From: a virus
Virus record (IMG/VR): IMGVR_UViG_3300043570_003617
Length of the DNA stretch: 64,000 nucleotides
Reading direction: 5' to 3' (one strand)
This document shows positions 20,812 to 28,967 of this stretch, piece by piece. Under the pieces are notes generated by a model that worked only from the letters and a program-made list of their open reading frames with translations, was not told the origin of the DNA and made no database searches. Position 1 is the first letter of the stretch, and every line of letters begins with the position of its first letter. The position numbers and the translations under genes are program-made.

Positions 20812-21123
20812 ATGAAATACTTAAAGAAATATAATGAGAGTCAAGATCAACAAGATCCTGAGTTTTCTATAACTAAGATTAAAGAAGAATATTCACAAGA
20901 TAAAGTTCAGAATATGTTAGAAAAAGAAATCAAACAATGGATTCCAGATGAGGAAGATCCTGATTTTTATTCTACTTCAGGAAATGGTGAAGCTGAAGAT
21001 GTTATTATCAATCAAATGATTGGTTGGTTTGATAAAAAGTATTATGCTTTATCTGATGAAAACTTTGAGAAAGTTAAACAATTGGTACTAAAAGAGTATG
21101 AGTTCTTAAACTTTAACTACTAA
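20812..21123 (+). CDS. small acidic hypothetical protein (MKYLKKYNES N-terminus)
   Basis: ORF with motif promoter. Weak resemblance to the CTS family. Confidence 0.55.
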   Translation: MKYLKKYNESQDQQDPEFSITKIKEEYSQDKVQNMLEKEIKQWIPDEEDPDFYSTSGNGEAEDVIINQMIGWFDKKYYALSDENFEKVKQLVLKEYEFLNFNY

Positions 21124-21132
21124 ACTAAAAAT

Positions 21133-21166
21133 GAAAACTTTTCTATAACAAGAAAAGTTTTTTTGT
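21133..21166 (+). terminator. rho-independent terminator
   Basis: Stem GAAAACTTTTCT / AGAAAAGTTTTT followed by a T-run. Confidence 0.7.
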
Positions 21167-21169
21167 TTT

Positions 21170-21502
21170 ATGAAACAACCAAGTTTATTCCCAGTGGCTA
21201 TGAAGATTGCTGTTCAAACTATTGGACAAGATTTAGTCAGTGTTCAACCAATGACTGGACCAGGCGGAATGTCCAAAGAAGAAAAAGAAAGAATTGAAGC
21301 CGAGATTAAACAAAAAAATCGTGATGGTAAAATTGATTCTTTAATTGAAGGAACCGAATATAAGGAAGAAAAATTAGAACAACATCCTGATTATAAACCA
21401 GGTAGTGGTGGTCAACTATTTTATATGGATTATAAATACAATTCTTCTACTCACAAGAAAACAAGAAGAAGTAAAAAGAAAAAGAAAGATGGTAGTATTT
21501 AA
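21170..21502 (+). CDS. small Lys-rich hypothetical protein with a gp23-like IxxDLxSVQPMxxPxG motif
   Basis: IGQDLVSVQPMTGPGG resembles AFDICGVQPMNSPTGQ of T4 major capsid protein gp23. The protein is only 110 aa, so it is not itself a major capsid protein. Confidence 0.5.
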   Translation: MKQPSLFPVAMKIAVQTIGQDLVSVQPMTGPGGMSKEEKERIEAEIKQKNRDGKIDSLIEGTEYKEEKLEQHPDYKPGSGGQLFYMDYKYNSSTHKKTRRSKKKKKDGSI

Positions 21503-21538
21503 GAGATGATGAAAACATGTTAGAGTAATATATACTCT

Positions 21539-21874
21539 ATGTTTAATATTTACTTAATATGTGCTGAATTTGAAGGAAGAAGATTGTATAAAATAGGTTA
21601 TACAAGAAGAGAAGTTTCTAAAAGAATTAAAGAGTTAAAAACCGGAAATGGTTCGGATTTATATCTTATAAATTCCTTTAAGTCAAAATGGGGAACAAAA
21701 ATAGAATCCCAACTACATAGAACATTTAAAAGTAAAAAGATAAATGGTGAGTGGTTTGATTTAACTGATGAAGATGTGAAATCATTTATGGATAAATGTA
21801 AATTATCACATGAGACTATAGAAATGATAACTACACATAATACTTACTACTTAGAGACAGGTAAACTATTTTAA
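21539..21874 (+). CDS. T5orf172 / MUG113 (GIY-YIG superfamily) domain protein
   Basis: YKIGYTRREVSKRIKELKTG plus QLHRTFKSKKINGEWFDLTDEDV match the T5orf172 hallmark (KIGxT ... lH..F ... GEWF). Confidence 0.7.
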   Translation: MFNIYLICAEFEGRRLYKIGYTRREVSKRIKELKTGNGSDLYLINSFKSKWGTKIESQLHRTFKSKKINGEWFDLTDEDVKSFMDKCKLSHETIEMITTHNTYYLETGKLF

Positions 21875-21909
21875 TAAATAGAATATAAATAAAAAATAAA
21901 CTTTCGAAT

Positions 21910-22182
21910 ATGAGCTCAATGAAAGAAATAGCAATTAGAGATTATGTCTCTAAAATTGATTTTAAAAATGATGATTGGAAACTACCACAAATCAAAGAAG
22001 ATATGCGTAGATTTTTAGGTGAAGAGCCAGGAATTGATGTTATCTACAAAAAAGATGTAATGGTAAATGAAGTATCAGGAGAAGCAAAGGAATTTGTAGA
22101 TGTTGATAAAATTCAAATCATTTTTACCGATACTGATGATAAATTCAAAAAAATAGAATTTATCTTAGGAGAAAAAATTTAA
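21910..22182 (+). CDS. hypothetical small protein
   Basis: 90-aa ORF, co-oriented and tightly spaced with neighbours. Confidence 0.5.
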   Translation: MSSMKEIAIRDYVSKIDFKNDDWKLPQIKEDMRRFLGEEPGIDVIYKKDVMVNEVSGEAKEFVDVDKIQIIFTDTDDKFKKIEFILGEKI

Positions 22183-22188
22183 TATTAA

Positions 22189-22554
22189 ATGTCTGATGAA
22201 ATTTTAATGACTGCTGATATAGTAGACTATCTTGGTAAATACGAGAATGGTGTTCTTGTTTTGCTTTCCATAGGATATAAAGGTAACTTCAGTGAAGGCA
22301 CTATTTACTATTCAAATGAAATGTTATCTTTAACTGTTGATGAAAGTATAGAAGAAGAATTAGGCATGAAGATTGAATTTTGGGATGGATATAGAGATTT
22401 ACTTATTTCAGTACTTAAAAAAGTTGTACCTTACAACGAGATTATCAATCGATTAGATGAAGTAGATTTTACAATCTATGTAGAAGATGATGAATCAGAA
22501 GAAGGTGAAGAAGTAAATGATGATGATATAGACTCAGAAGAAGATGAGTTATAA
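22189..22554 (+). CDS. hypothetical protein with acidic C-terminal tail
   Basis: ORF; C-terminus is EDDESEEGEEVNDDDIDSEEDEL. Confidence 0.5.
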   Translation: MSDEILMTADIVDYLGKYENGVLVLLSIGYKGNFSEGTIYYSNEMLSLTVDESIEEELGMKIEFWDGYRDLLISVLKKVVPYNEIINRLDEVDFTIYVEDDESEEGEEVNDDDIDSEEDEL

Positions 22555-22605
22555 ATTAAACTAAATCATAGTTATTGAATATAAATTAAAAATAGTCAAT
22601 AATTA

Positions 22606-24354
22606 ATGCTTATTAGTGAATTAGGAATTAGAGGATTCAAAAGTTATGGTAATAACGAACAAGTCTTAAAATTAAATACAGAAAAAGGAGAATTAATTCT
22701 TCTTGTTGGAAATAACGGAGCAGGTAAATCATCTTTGTTAGATTCCTTCGATTACACACTTTATGGTAAAGTTAGAGGTCGCAAAAAGAAATGGGCCACT
22801 TTATCAACACTTCCAAATAGAATTAATGGTGAACTACTTAATAGAATTAAATTTAATTCTTTAGGTACTGATGTTGAAATTAAACGAGGTATTTCACCTG
22901 GTGTCTTAGAACTTACCGAGAATGGAGTAGTCAACGAAAGAGCCGGTAAAGGTAATGTTGATGAAAAGATTGAAAAGTATATCGGTATGGATATCGAAAC
23001 TTTCAAATCTTTTATTTCTATGTCAATAAACGACTTCAAAAATTTTATTTCATTATCAAATGAAGAAAAACAACTTCTTTTAGATAAGTTATTCAACTTA
23101 GAAGTTATTAATATTTTAAATGGTATCTTAAAAGATATCGCTAAAAACAATAAAGTTAGAGCCGCTTCTTTTGATGCTGAAATTAGAACTTTAGATGATT
23201 CAATTTTATCTATTCAAAGGTCTATTGATAAAGCTATTGAAAGACAAAAAGAAGAAGCTAGATTAGCTTTAGAAAGAGAGAAAGAAGATATTCAAGCTGA
23301 GATTGATAGAATCACTGGTGAAATGAATTCTAAAAAAGATGATTATAAATCTTTAAGAGATAAAATTGATAAAATCAAAGAAAAAGAAACTGAACTAAAC
23401 AATGAATTGGATAATGAGAAAAAGCAATATATTAATACACAAAATGACATTAAAAATGTACAACGAGAAATTGACTTATATGATTCTGGTAAATGTCCCA
23501 CTTGTAGAACAGATTTTAATTCTGATCACTTTGTTGCGTTAAGAGATTCTTTTGTTGAAAAGAAATTAGGTTTTGAAAATATCAAACTTGAGATTGAGGC
23601 CAATATTACTAAAGTTAAAGAAAGACAAGTTAAATTAAAATCTTTATCTGAATCTACAACAACTGCTTTTAATGATTTAAGTTATTTATTAAAGAGTTAC
23701 AAATCAGATATTGATAAACTAGTTCAAAAGAAAGCTAGTCAAACTGTACCGGTTAATACAACTCCTTCTGTTAATATTCAAGAGTTTCAAAATACAATTG
23801 AAGAACTTGAAGATAAGAAAATAGTAAGTAAAGATAATATCACCGTATGTAAAGAAAAGGATCTTTACTACAAAGAGATGAATCGAATCTTTGGTGAAGA
23901 TGGTGTTAAGAAATCTATCATCTCTGGAATAATCAAACCAATAAATCACTTTATTGCTGAGAATATTAAAAAGATGAGTTTACCATTTGAAGTAAGATTA
24001 GATGAGACTTTTACTGCTGAGATTAAACAATTAGGTTCACCAATTGAACATGATTCTTTATCAACTGGTGAAACTAAAAAAGTTAATATTAGTATCTTAA
24101 TTGCTTACTTGAAATTGATTAGAACTAAGCGTCATATCAATATACTCTTCTTAGATGAGGTTTTCTCATCAATTGATATCGAAGGTATAGATTCTATTTT
24201 GGCTCTCTTAAAATCGTTTGCAAATGATTATAACATCAATATCTTTGTTGTCCATCATGCTATTTTGAACCAAGAGATGTTTGATAGAATATTGAAGATT
24301 AATAAAGAGGTTTTCTCTTCAATAGAAGAAGTTGATTTAAGTTATGGTGGTTAA
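22606..24354 (+). CDS. SbcC/Rad50-like recombination ATPase (T4 gp46-like)
   Basis: N-terminal Walker A GNNGAGKSSLLD, long coiled coil, CPTC zinc hook, C-terminal signature LSTGETKKV and D-loop LFLDEVFSSID. Same architecture as T4 gp46, which also has CPTC. Confidence 0.75.
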   Translation: MLISELGIRGFKSYGNNEQVLKLNTEKGELILLVGNNGAGKSSLLDSFDYTLYGKVRGRKKKWATLSTLPNRINGELLNRIKFNSLGTDVEIKRGISPGVLELTENGVVNERAGKGNVDEKIEKYIGMDIETFKSFISMSINDFKNFISLSNEEKQLLLDKLFNLEVINILNGILKDIAKNNKVRAASFDAEIRTLDDSILSIQRSIDKAIERQKEEARLALEREKEDIQAEIDRITGEMNSKKDDYKSLRDKIDKIKEKETELNNELDNEKKQYINTQNDIKNVQREIDLYDSGKCPTCRTDFNSDHFVALRDSFVEKKLGFENIKLEIEANITKVKERQVKLKSLSESTTTAFNDLSYLLKSYKSDIDKLVQKKASQTVPVNTTPSVNIQEFQNTIEELEDKKIVSKDNITVCKEKDLYYKEMNRIFGEDGVKKSIISGIIKPINHFIAENIKKMSLPFEVRLDETFTAEIKQLGSPIEHDSLSTGETKKVNISILIAYLKLIRTKRHINILFLDEVFSSIDIEGIDSILALLKSFANDYNINIFVVHHAILNQEMFDRILKINKEVFSSIEEVDLSYGG

Positions 24355-24381
24355 GAAGATTAAAAAATTATGAATATAAAA

Positions 24382-24410
24382 AAACCTCTGATAAATCAGA
24401 GGTTTTTCTT
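24382..24410. terminator. bidirectional rho-independent terminator between convergent genes
   Basis: Stem AAACCTCTGAT / ATCAGAGGTTT, with A-run upstream and T-run downstream. Confidence 0.75.
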
Positions 24411-24426
24411 TTAATATATTTATAGA

Positions 24427-25950
24427 TTAATTACAATCGTAACAACTAGTATTACCTCTTCCGTCACAATTTCCACATTCAACATTACCTCGACCGCGAC
24501 AATCAGAACATTCTATTTCTCCATTTCCATTACAATCTTCACAATTGTTATTTCCTCTACCATCACAATCTGGACATTCTATTTCATTTCCTTCTTCATC
24601 TTCAATGTTTCCAGATCCATCACAATTACTACATTCAATATCACCTGATCCTGAACAATCATTACAACTAATTTCACCTCCTCCTGAACACTCATCACAA
24701 TCAACTTCACCATTTCCATAACAATCACCACATTCAACTTCACCAGAACCACCACAAGTTTCACATGATGATGAATCACCACCACCTGTATCTTCTAATG
24801 TTAAATAATCTCCTTTTTGTTCACTACTTAATATCCCTCTACCTTCTTGAAAATACTTCAAAGTATCTAAGTAAGGATAGTTGCTATAATTTTTCTTGTC
24901 TAAATTTACAGTTAAATCTAAACTAACATTCGATCCATCTGGAGCATAAGCTTTATTATCATCACTACTATTGTTATAGTATTTAGAATACCAACCATTT
25001 TCTTTAGCATAATCTCTAAATAATTGAATATCTGAATCATTTATTGCATAGATTCTATCCATGAACTTTTTACCATCTGTTAAAGTCCAAAGTAAAGCTC
25101 TTCCTGTTATTTTATCTGTATCATCTTGTGATTTGAATATAACTAAACTAACTTGGTCAGGATTCTCTGTGTATATTTCTAACCAACTAGCTCTAGCGTT
25201 AGCCATACAAGAGTTTCCTAAAGTACCACTTCTTTGGTAATAGTTTTGATAGTTATACCAAAAGTATATTTTTTCTCCAGTTACTTCTTCAAAGAAAGAA
25301 AATTTATCATTCATTTTATCAATAGTCGCTTTGAATAGATTAACAAATGTTTCATAATCTTTATCTAAAATACCTTCAACACCAGCAGCTTTTAATAAAG
25401 CTCTTGATGCTCTACCAACTTTAACCTCTTGTCTATTCTTAGACCATATTTGATTGATTCTATCATCAGTATTTCTTAACTTCTCTACATTATAAACACC
25501 TTGACCATTTGGAAATTTAACCCAAGCATAAGTCTTACCTGATGTTTCTGATGTTACTTTAGCAACAACTTCACCTATCTCAGTTGAGTTTGGTGTGTGA
25601 ACACTTCCTTCAGGTGTATATCCTAACTTATCAAATAACTCTTGATTAGATTCTGAGTGTTTCAACCAACCACCACCTGATCCTATAAATCTAACAGTTT
25701 CTTTAGCATCGCCAAGTATTTCTTGAGCTTTTCTATCTGGAGTAAATGAAACAATATCATTCTTACTTAAATCTATATCAAAATAATTTGTTTGTGTAGT
25801 AATGTCTTTATTTTCAGTGTCTAATAAAGCTTTAGAAATTGGGTGGTCTATTTTAGCGAGTGCTTTTCTAAATTTATCAGAGAAAACCACATCAGATTCT
25901 AGTATTAATTCCAATGATTCATTAATGAAGTCTGAATATCTTTTTAACAT
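24427..25950 (-). CDS. CTS-like N-terminus (MLKRYSDFINE) protein with a conserved paralog domain and a C-terminal array of ~11 CxxCxGxG zinc-finger-like repeats
   Basis: The central ~250 aa are homologous to ORF 1126..2073. The C-terminus reads CETCGGSGEVECGDCYGNGEVDCDECSGGGE..., DnaJ-type Cys-rich repeats. Confidence 0.75.
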   Translation of the reverse strand: MLKRYSDFINESLELILESDVVFSDKFRKALAKIDHPISKALLDTENKDITTQTNYFDIDLSKNDIVSFTPDRKAQEILGDAKETVRFIGSGGGWLKHSESNQELFDKLGYTPEGSVHTPNSTEIGEVVAKVTSETSGKTYAWVKFPNGQGVYNVEKLRNTDDRINQIWSKNRQEVKVGRASRALLKAAGVEGILDKDYETFVNLFKATIDKMNDKFSFFEEVTGEKIYFWYNYQNYYQRSGTLGNSCMANARASWLEIYTENPDQVSLVIFKSQDDTDKITGRALLWTLTDGKKFMDRIYAINDSDIQLFRDYAKENGWYSKYYNNSSDDNKAYAPDGSNVSLDLTVNLDKKNYSNYPYLDTLKYFQEGRGILSSEQKGDYLTLEDTGGGDSSSCETCGGSGEVECGDCYGNGEVDCDECSGGGEISCNDCSGSGDIECSNCDGSGNIEDEEGNEIECPDCDGRGNNNCEDCNGNGEIECSDCRGRGNVECGNCDGRGNTSCYDCN

Positions 25951-25975
25951 ATTAAAAATTTAATTTTATTTATAA

Positions 25976-25998
25976 GGTTATATATTAAATATATAAAG
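25976..25998. promoter_or_regulatory. palindromic divergent promoter region (GGTTATATATTAAATATATAAAG)
   Basis: Inverted arms TTATATAT / ATATATAA. The motif AATTTAATATATAAC reads on the minus strand (toward 24427..25950) and TTAAATATATAAAG on the plus strand (toward 26019). Confidence 0.45.
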
Positions 25999-26018
25999 TA
26001 TAAAAAAAAATAAGCTTT

Positions 26019-26831
26019 ATGAAGAAAATTAAATTATTAATTTTAATGTGTTTATTTTCGGTAGTCGGATATTCACAGGTTATTGACACTGCCTACCTAA
26101 ATGTAATATCTTGGAATATTCAAAACTTTGGAAGATCAAAATCTGAATCTGATAGTGTTATGAAATATATCTGTTCAAAAGTTAAATTACATGATATCGT
26201 AGTTATTCAAGAAGTTTCTACATCGGAGTTTGGAGCACAAGCAGTAGCAAAATTAGATGACCTTTTAGATAGAACAGGAACATCTTGGGATTATGTAGTA
26301 TCTGATCCAACAACTGGTCCAGGTTCTGAAAGATACGCTTACTTATATAAGAAATCGAGAGTTAAATTAAAAGAATCAGGTTTAGAAAAAACCTTACAAG
26401 ACAAGATAAATAGAGAACCATTTAGGGCAGTATTTGTATTTAAGAAAAATGAATATTATTTATTTAATTTACACTTAGTACCAACTGATAAAAACCCAGC
26501 TGTTGAAGCGGCTCATTTAGCTTCTTTGGGCGAAACATATAAAGGTAAAAGAATCATATTTATGGGTGACTTAAATTTATCACAAGCTAGTCCGGGATTT
26601 GATGGTGTTAAGAAATGGGCTAAACCAACTTTAATAGGAAAGAAAACATCATTAAAGATGAAAGAAGGAGAAGCTGGAGAAAAACTGAATATGGAATATG
26701 ACAACTTTTTCATATCATCTAATATAATTTTAAAGAGTAGTGATGTTATAAACTTCTTTTCAGAGTTCAAAGAATTGAAAACTGCAAGAAAAGTATCGGA
26801 TCATTGTCCTATTTATTGTATAATAAAATAA
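26019..26831 (+). CDS. secreted endonuclease/exonuclease/phosphatase (EEP, DNase I-like) family protein
   Basis: Signal peptide MKKIKLLILMCLFSVVGYSQ. Catalytic blocks IVVIQEV and SDHCPIY (SDHxP). Confidence 0.7.
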   Translation: MKKIKLLILMCLFSVVGYSQVIDTAYLNVISWNIQNFGRSKSESDSVMKYICSKVKLHDIVVIQEVSTSEFGAQAVAKLDDLLDRTGTSWDYVVSDPTTGPGSERYAYLYKKSRVKLKESGLEKTLQDKINREPFRAVFVFKKNEYYLFNLHLVPTDKNPAVEAAHLASLGETYKGKRIIFMGDLNLSQASPGFDGVKKWAKPTLIGKKTSLKMKEGEAGEKLNMEYDNFFISSNIILKSSDVINFFSEFKELKTARKVSDHCPIYCIIK

Positions 26832-26844
26832 TTTAAATAAATAT

Positions 26845-27036
26845 ATGTTAATTGTAAAAGTAGAAGGAAAACAAACTTTAGAAAAAGCTTTGAAAGTTCT
26901 TAAAAGAAAATGGGACAAAACTAAAGCTATGAAAGAGTTGAGAGAAAGAAAAGAATTTACTAAAAGATCTGTTAAAAGAAGAGCTGAGATAACAAGAGCA
27001 TCTTATGTTCAGAAGAAGTATAGAAGTAATGATTAA
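26845..27036 (+). CDS. rpsU: ribosomal protein bS21 homolog
   Basis: MLIVKVEGKQTLEKALKVLKRKWDKTKAMKELRERKEFTKRSVKRR aligns by eye with bacterial S21 ([47 protein letters not shown]). 63 aa, basic. Confidence 0.75.
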   Translation: MLIVKVEGKQTLEKALKVLKRKWDKTKAMKELRERKEFTKRSVKRRAEITRASYVQKKYRSND

Positions 27037-27328
27037 TAAGTTACTTAGTTTATTTCCTAATCAAAATCATAAAACATATGATCTGGGAAAATTACAAAAT
27101 TCTGGTTTTATAAAACCGATAGAAGATTTATCGGGTTGTCCTAATTGTAAAAGTAAAAATATAACCTGGAAATTCTTTATACCAATTGGTGGTTCTAAGC
27201 CAACTATTCCATCACAAAATATTTGTAATGATTGTGGGTATAAAGATGAAAAAGGTCAGTTTGAAATGACAAACAAATCAATTTTAAGAGAAAAAAAAAT
27301 TAATAAAATATTAGATGAGCTTCAATAA
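27029..27328 (+). CDS. small zinc-ribbon protein (start at internal ATG overlapping the bS21 stop)
   Basis: CPNC...CNDC pairs. The track ORF 27005 starts inside bS21; the in-frame ATG at 27029 gives an ATGA-type overlap. Confidence 0.5.
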   Translation: MINKLLSLFPNQNHKTYDLGKLQNSGFIKPIEDLSGCPNCKSKNITWKFFIPIGGSKPTIPSQNICNDCGYKDEKGQFEMTNKSILREKKINKILDELQ

Positions 27329-27530
27329 AAGATATATCAAAAGAGAAAATTTAGAGTATGCTGCTAGTCAAGGATTAGACTATCTAATTAGTTATATAAC
27401 AAAACCTGATGCTCTTATCATAGAATCAGATGGTATTTCAAAACAAGTTTGTGATATTGTTGGTGAAACAAAAAACAAGACTGAAATGAAAGAAAAATTG
27501 AAAAATATAGGATTCTATGAATTTAAGTAA
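27315..27530 (+). CDS. hypothetical small protein
   Basis: 71-aa ORF overlapping its neighbours by 14 nt at each end, suggesting operon-like coupling. Confidence 0.45.
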   Translation: MSFNKRYIKRENLEYAASQGLDYLISYITKPDALIIESDGISKQVCDIVGETKNKTEMKEKLKNIGFYEFK

Positions 27531-28230
27531 AAACTATTACTCAATTCTTGGTGTTAATAATATATCTGATGAAAAATCAATAAAAAAAGCTTATTATAAA
27601 TTATCATTTACTCACCACCCGGATAAGGGTGGAGACCCTGTTACTTTTGGTGAAATGACAGAAGCATATGATGTTCTCTGTGGTGAACAAAGAAAAGATT
27701 ATGATATGAAGAGTAAGTTTGGTAATAGTTACAACGAATATTTTGAATTATTTGATATTAATGTAGAGTTTGATTATAATAAAGAAAAGTCAAACTATGA
27801 AAAGTTCAAAAAGAATGAAGTTTTAGATATCTATTTAGATATAGATGAATCATTTGATGGTACTTTAGAATACGAAAGATGGGTTAAATGTAAAACTTGT
27901 GATGGTACAGGTAAAGACCTTTCTGCTAAAATTTTTATTAAAGATAATGATGGTAATATTCTAAGAACATTTGATGCTGATGACGGATGTGACTTTTGTG
28001 AAGGTTCTGGTAAAGACTATAAAGGTGATTCTTGTAACTTCTGTAATGGTAAAGGTAAAATAGGTTTAACACCTTGTAAAAAATGTAATGGTGAAAAACG
28101 AATTTTAGGTAAACAAAAACTATCAGGTATTAAATTAACCGGTGATGAAACCAAAATGGAGTCAATGGGTAATTGTTCTAAAGATGTAGCAGGAATGGTT
28201 GGTTATCTTTTATTAAAAAAGAAAGTTTAA
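27517..28230 (+). CDS. DnaJ-like protein (J domain plus CxxCxGxG zinc-finger repeats)
   Basis: YYSILGV...AYYKLSFTHHPDKGG (HPD motif). Four C-x-x-C-x-G-x-G-type units: CKTCDGTGK, CDFCEGSGK, CNFCNGKGK, CKKCNGEKR. Confidence 0.75.
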   Translation: MNLSKNYYSILGVNNISDEKSIKKAYYKLSFTHHPDKGGDPVTFGEMTEAYDVLCGEQRKDYDMKSKFGNSYNEYFELFDINVEFDYNKEKSNYEKFKKNEVLDIYLDIDESFDGTLEYERWVKCKTCDGTGKDLSAKIFIKDNDGNILRTFDADDGCDFCEGSGKDYKGDSCNFCNGKGKIGLTPCKKCNGEKRILGKQKLSGIKLTGDETKMESMGNCSKDVAGMVGYLLLKKKV

Positions 28231-28869
28231 TTACCAAACTTTTTTCTCATTTTCACCTAACCAACTAAATAATCTTGTTTCTTCAACATCATGTAATATT
28301 ATAGTATGTTGGTCATTTGCATCCCAATTGTAAAACCATTTATAATTAAACAAAGCAATATCAACATCCATATTCTGAATTAAAACATCACTGAATATTC
28401 TACATCCATTTGCCCAATTTATATTATTATATGTATTTAAACAAAGAGTAATTGCTCTAGATTTCGGCGCTGATCCATATATAGTACAATCTATAAGTGT
28501 ATTGTTTTCTTGACTTGGTTTAAGTCCTGCAAAAAATGTATGATTTGGTTGTAACTTGTCTAAAATTATATCAAACGACCTTATTGGTCTAGCATCAACA
28601 TCAACGTAAATACCACCAAAATCTCTTAATAATAACAAACGAATTCTATCACATATGAATGCCCACTTATATAGATCCGGATTTTTAATATAATTTTGTA
28701 GAAATGGATCATCTTTATAAACATCTGTTAAAAGTTCGTTACCCCATAGGCGACACTCCCAATCAGGATTAATTTTTTTCATTTCTTTTGTAAATTGAAC
28801 ACAATGTGGTGGTATCTCATTTTCACCTATCCATATTTGATGTATAATCTTTGGAATATTACTTTTCAT
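28231..28869 (-). CDS. glycosyltransferase, DXD-motif sugar-binding (GT32-like) family
   Basis: N-terminal IPKIIHQIWIG and DVDARP (DXD) are characteristic of Gly_transf_sug/GT32 enzymes. Confidence 0.6.
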   Translation of the reverse strand: MKSNIPKIIHQIWIGENEIPPHCVQFTKEMKKINPDWECRLWGNELLTDVYKDDPFLQNYIKNPDLYKWAFICDRIRLLLLRDFGGIYVDVDARPIRSFDIILDKLQPNHTFFAGLKPSQENNTLIDCTIYGSAPKSRAITLCLNTYNNINWANGCRIFSDVLIQNMDVDIALFNYKWFYNWDANDQHTIILHDVEETRLFSWLGENEKKVW

Positions 28870-28884
28870 ATCTTATCATTTATT

Positions 28885-28900
28885 ATGATATATTAAATTT
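28885..28900 (-). promoter_or_regulatory. putative promoter (minus strand AAATTTAATATATCATA) for the glycosyltransferase gene
   Basis: Recurring motif ~13 nt upstream of the minus-strand ATG at 28869. Confidence 0.4.
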
Positions 28901-28967
28901 TTAAAAAAGTTTAAAAAGTAGACAAAAGCTATTTTAAAATCTACTTGTCCTCAGATAAGTGGATTTT

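Noticed and set aside
21170-21502. Calling this ORF the major capsid protein
   Set aside because: The gp23-like similarity is limited to a ~16-residue motif, the protein is 110 aa, and it ends in a poly-lysine tail.
24579-24785. Plus-strand ORF with repetitive VVMIVQ/ LVVVLVK content
   Set aside because: It is a shadow of the CxxCxGxG repeat-coding region of the minus-strand gene 24427..25950.
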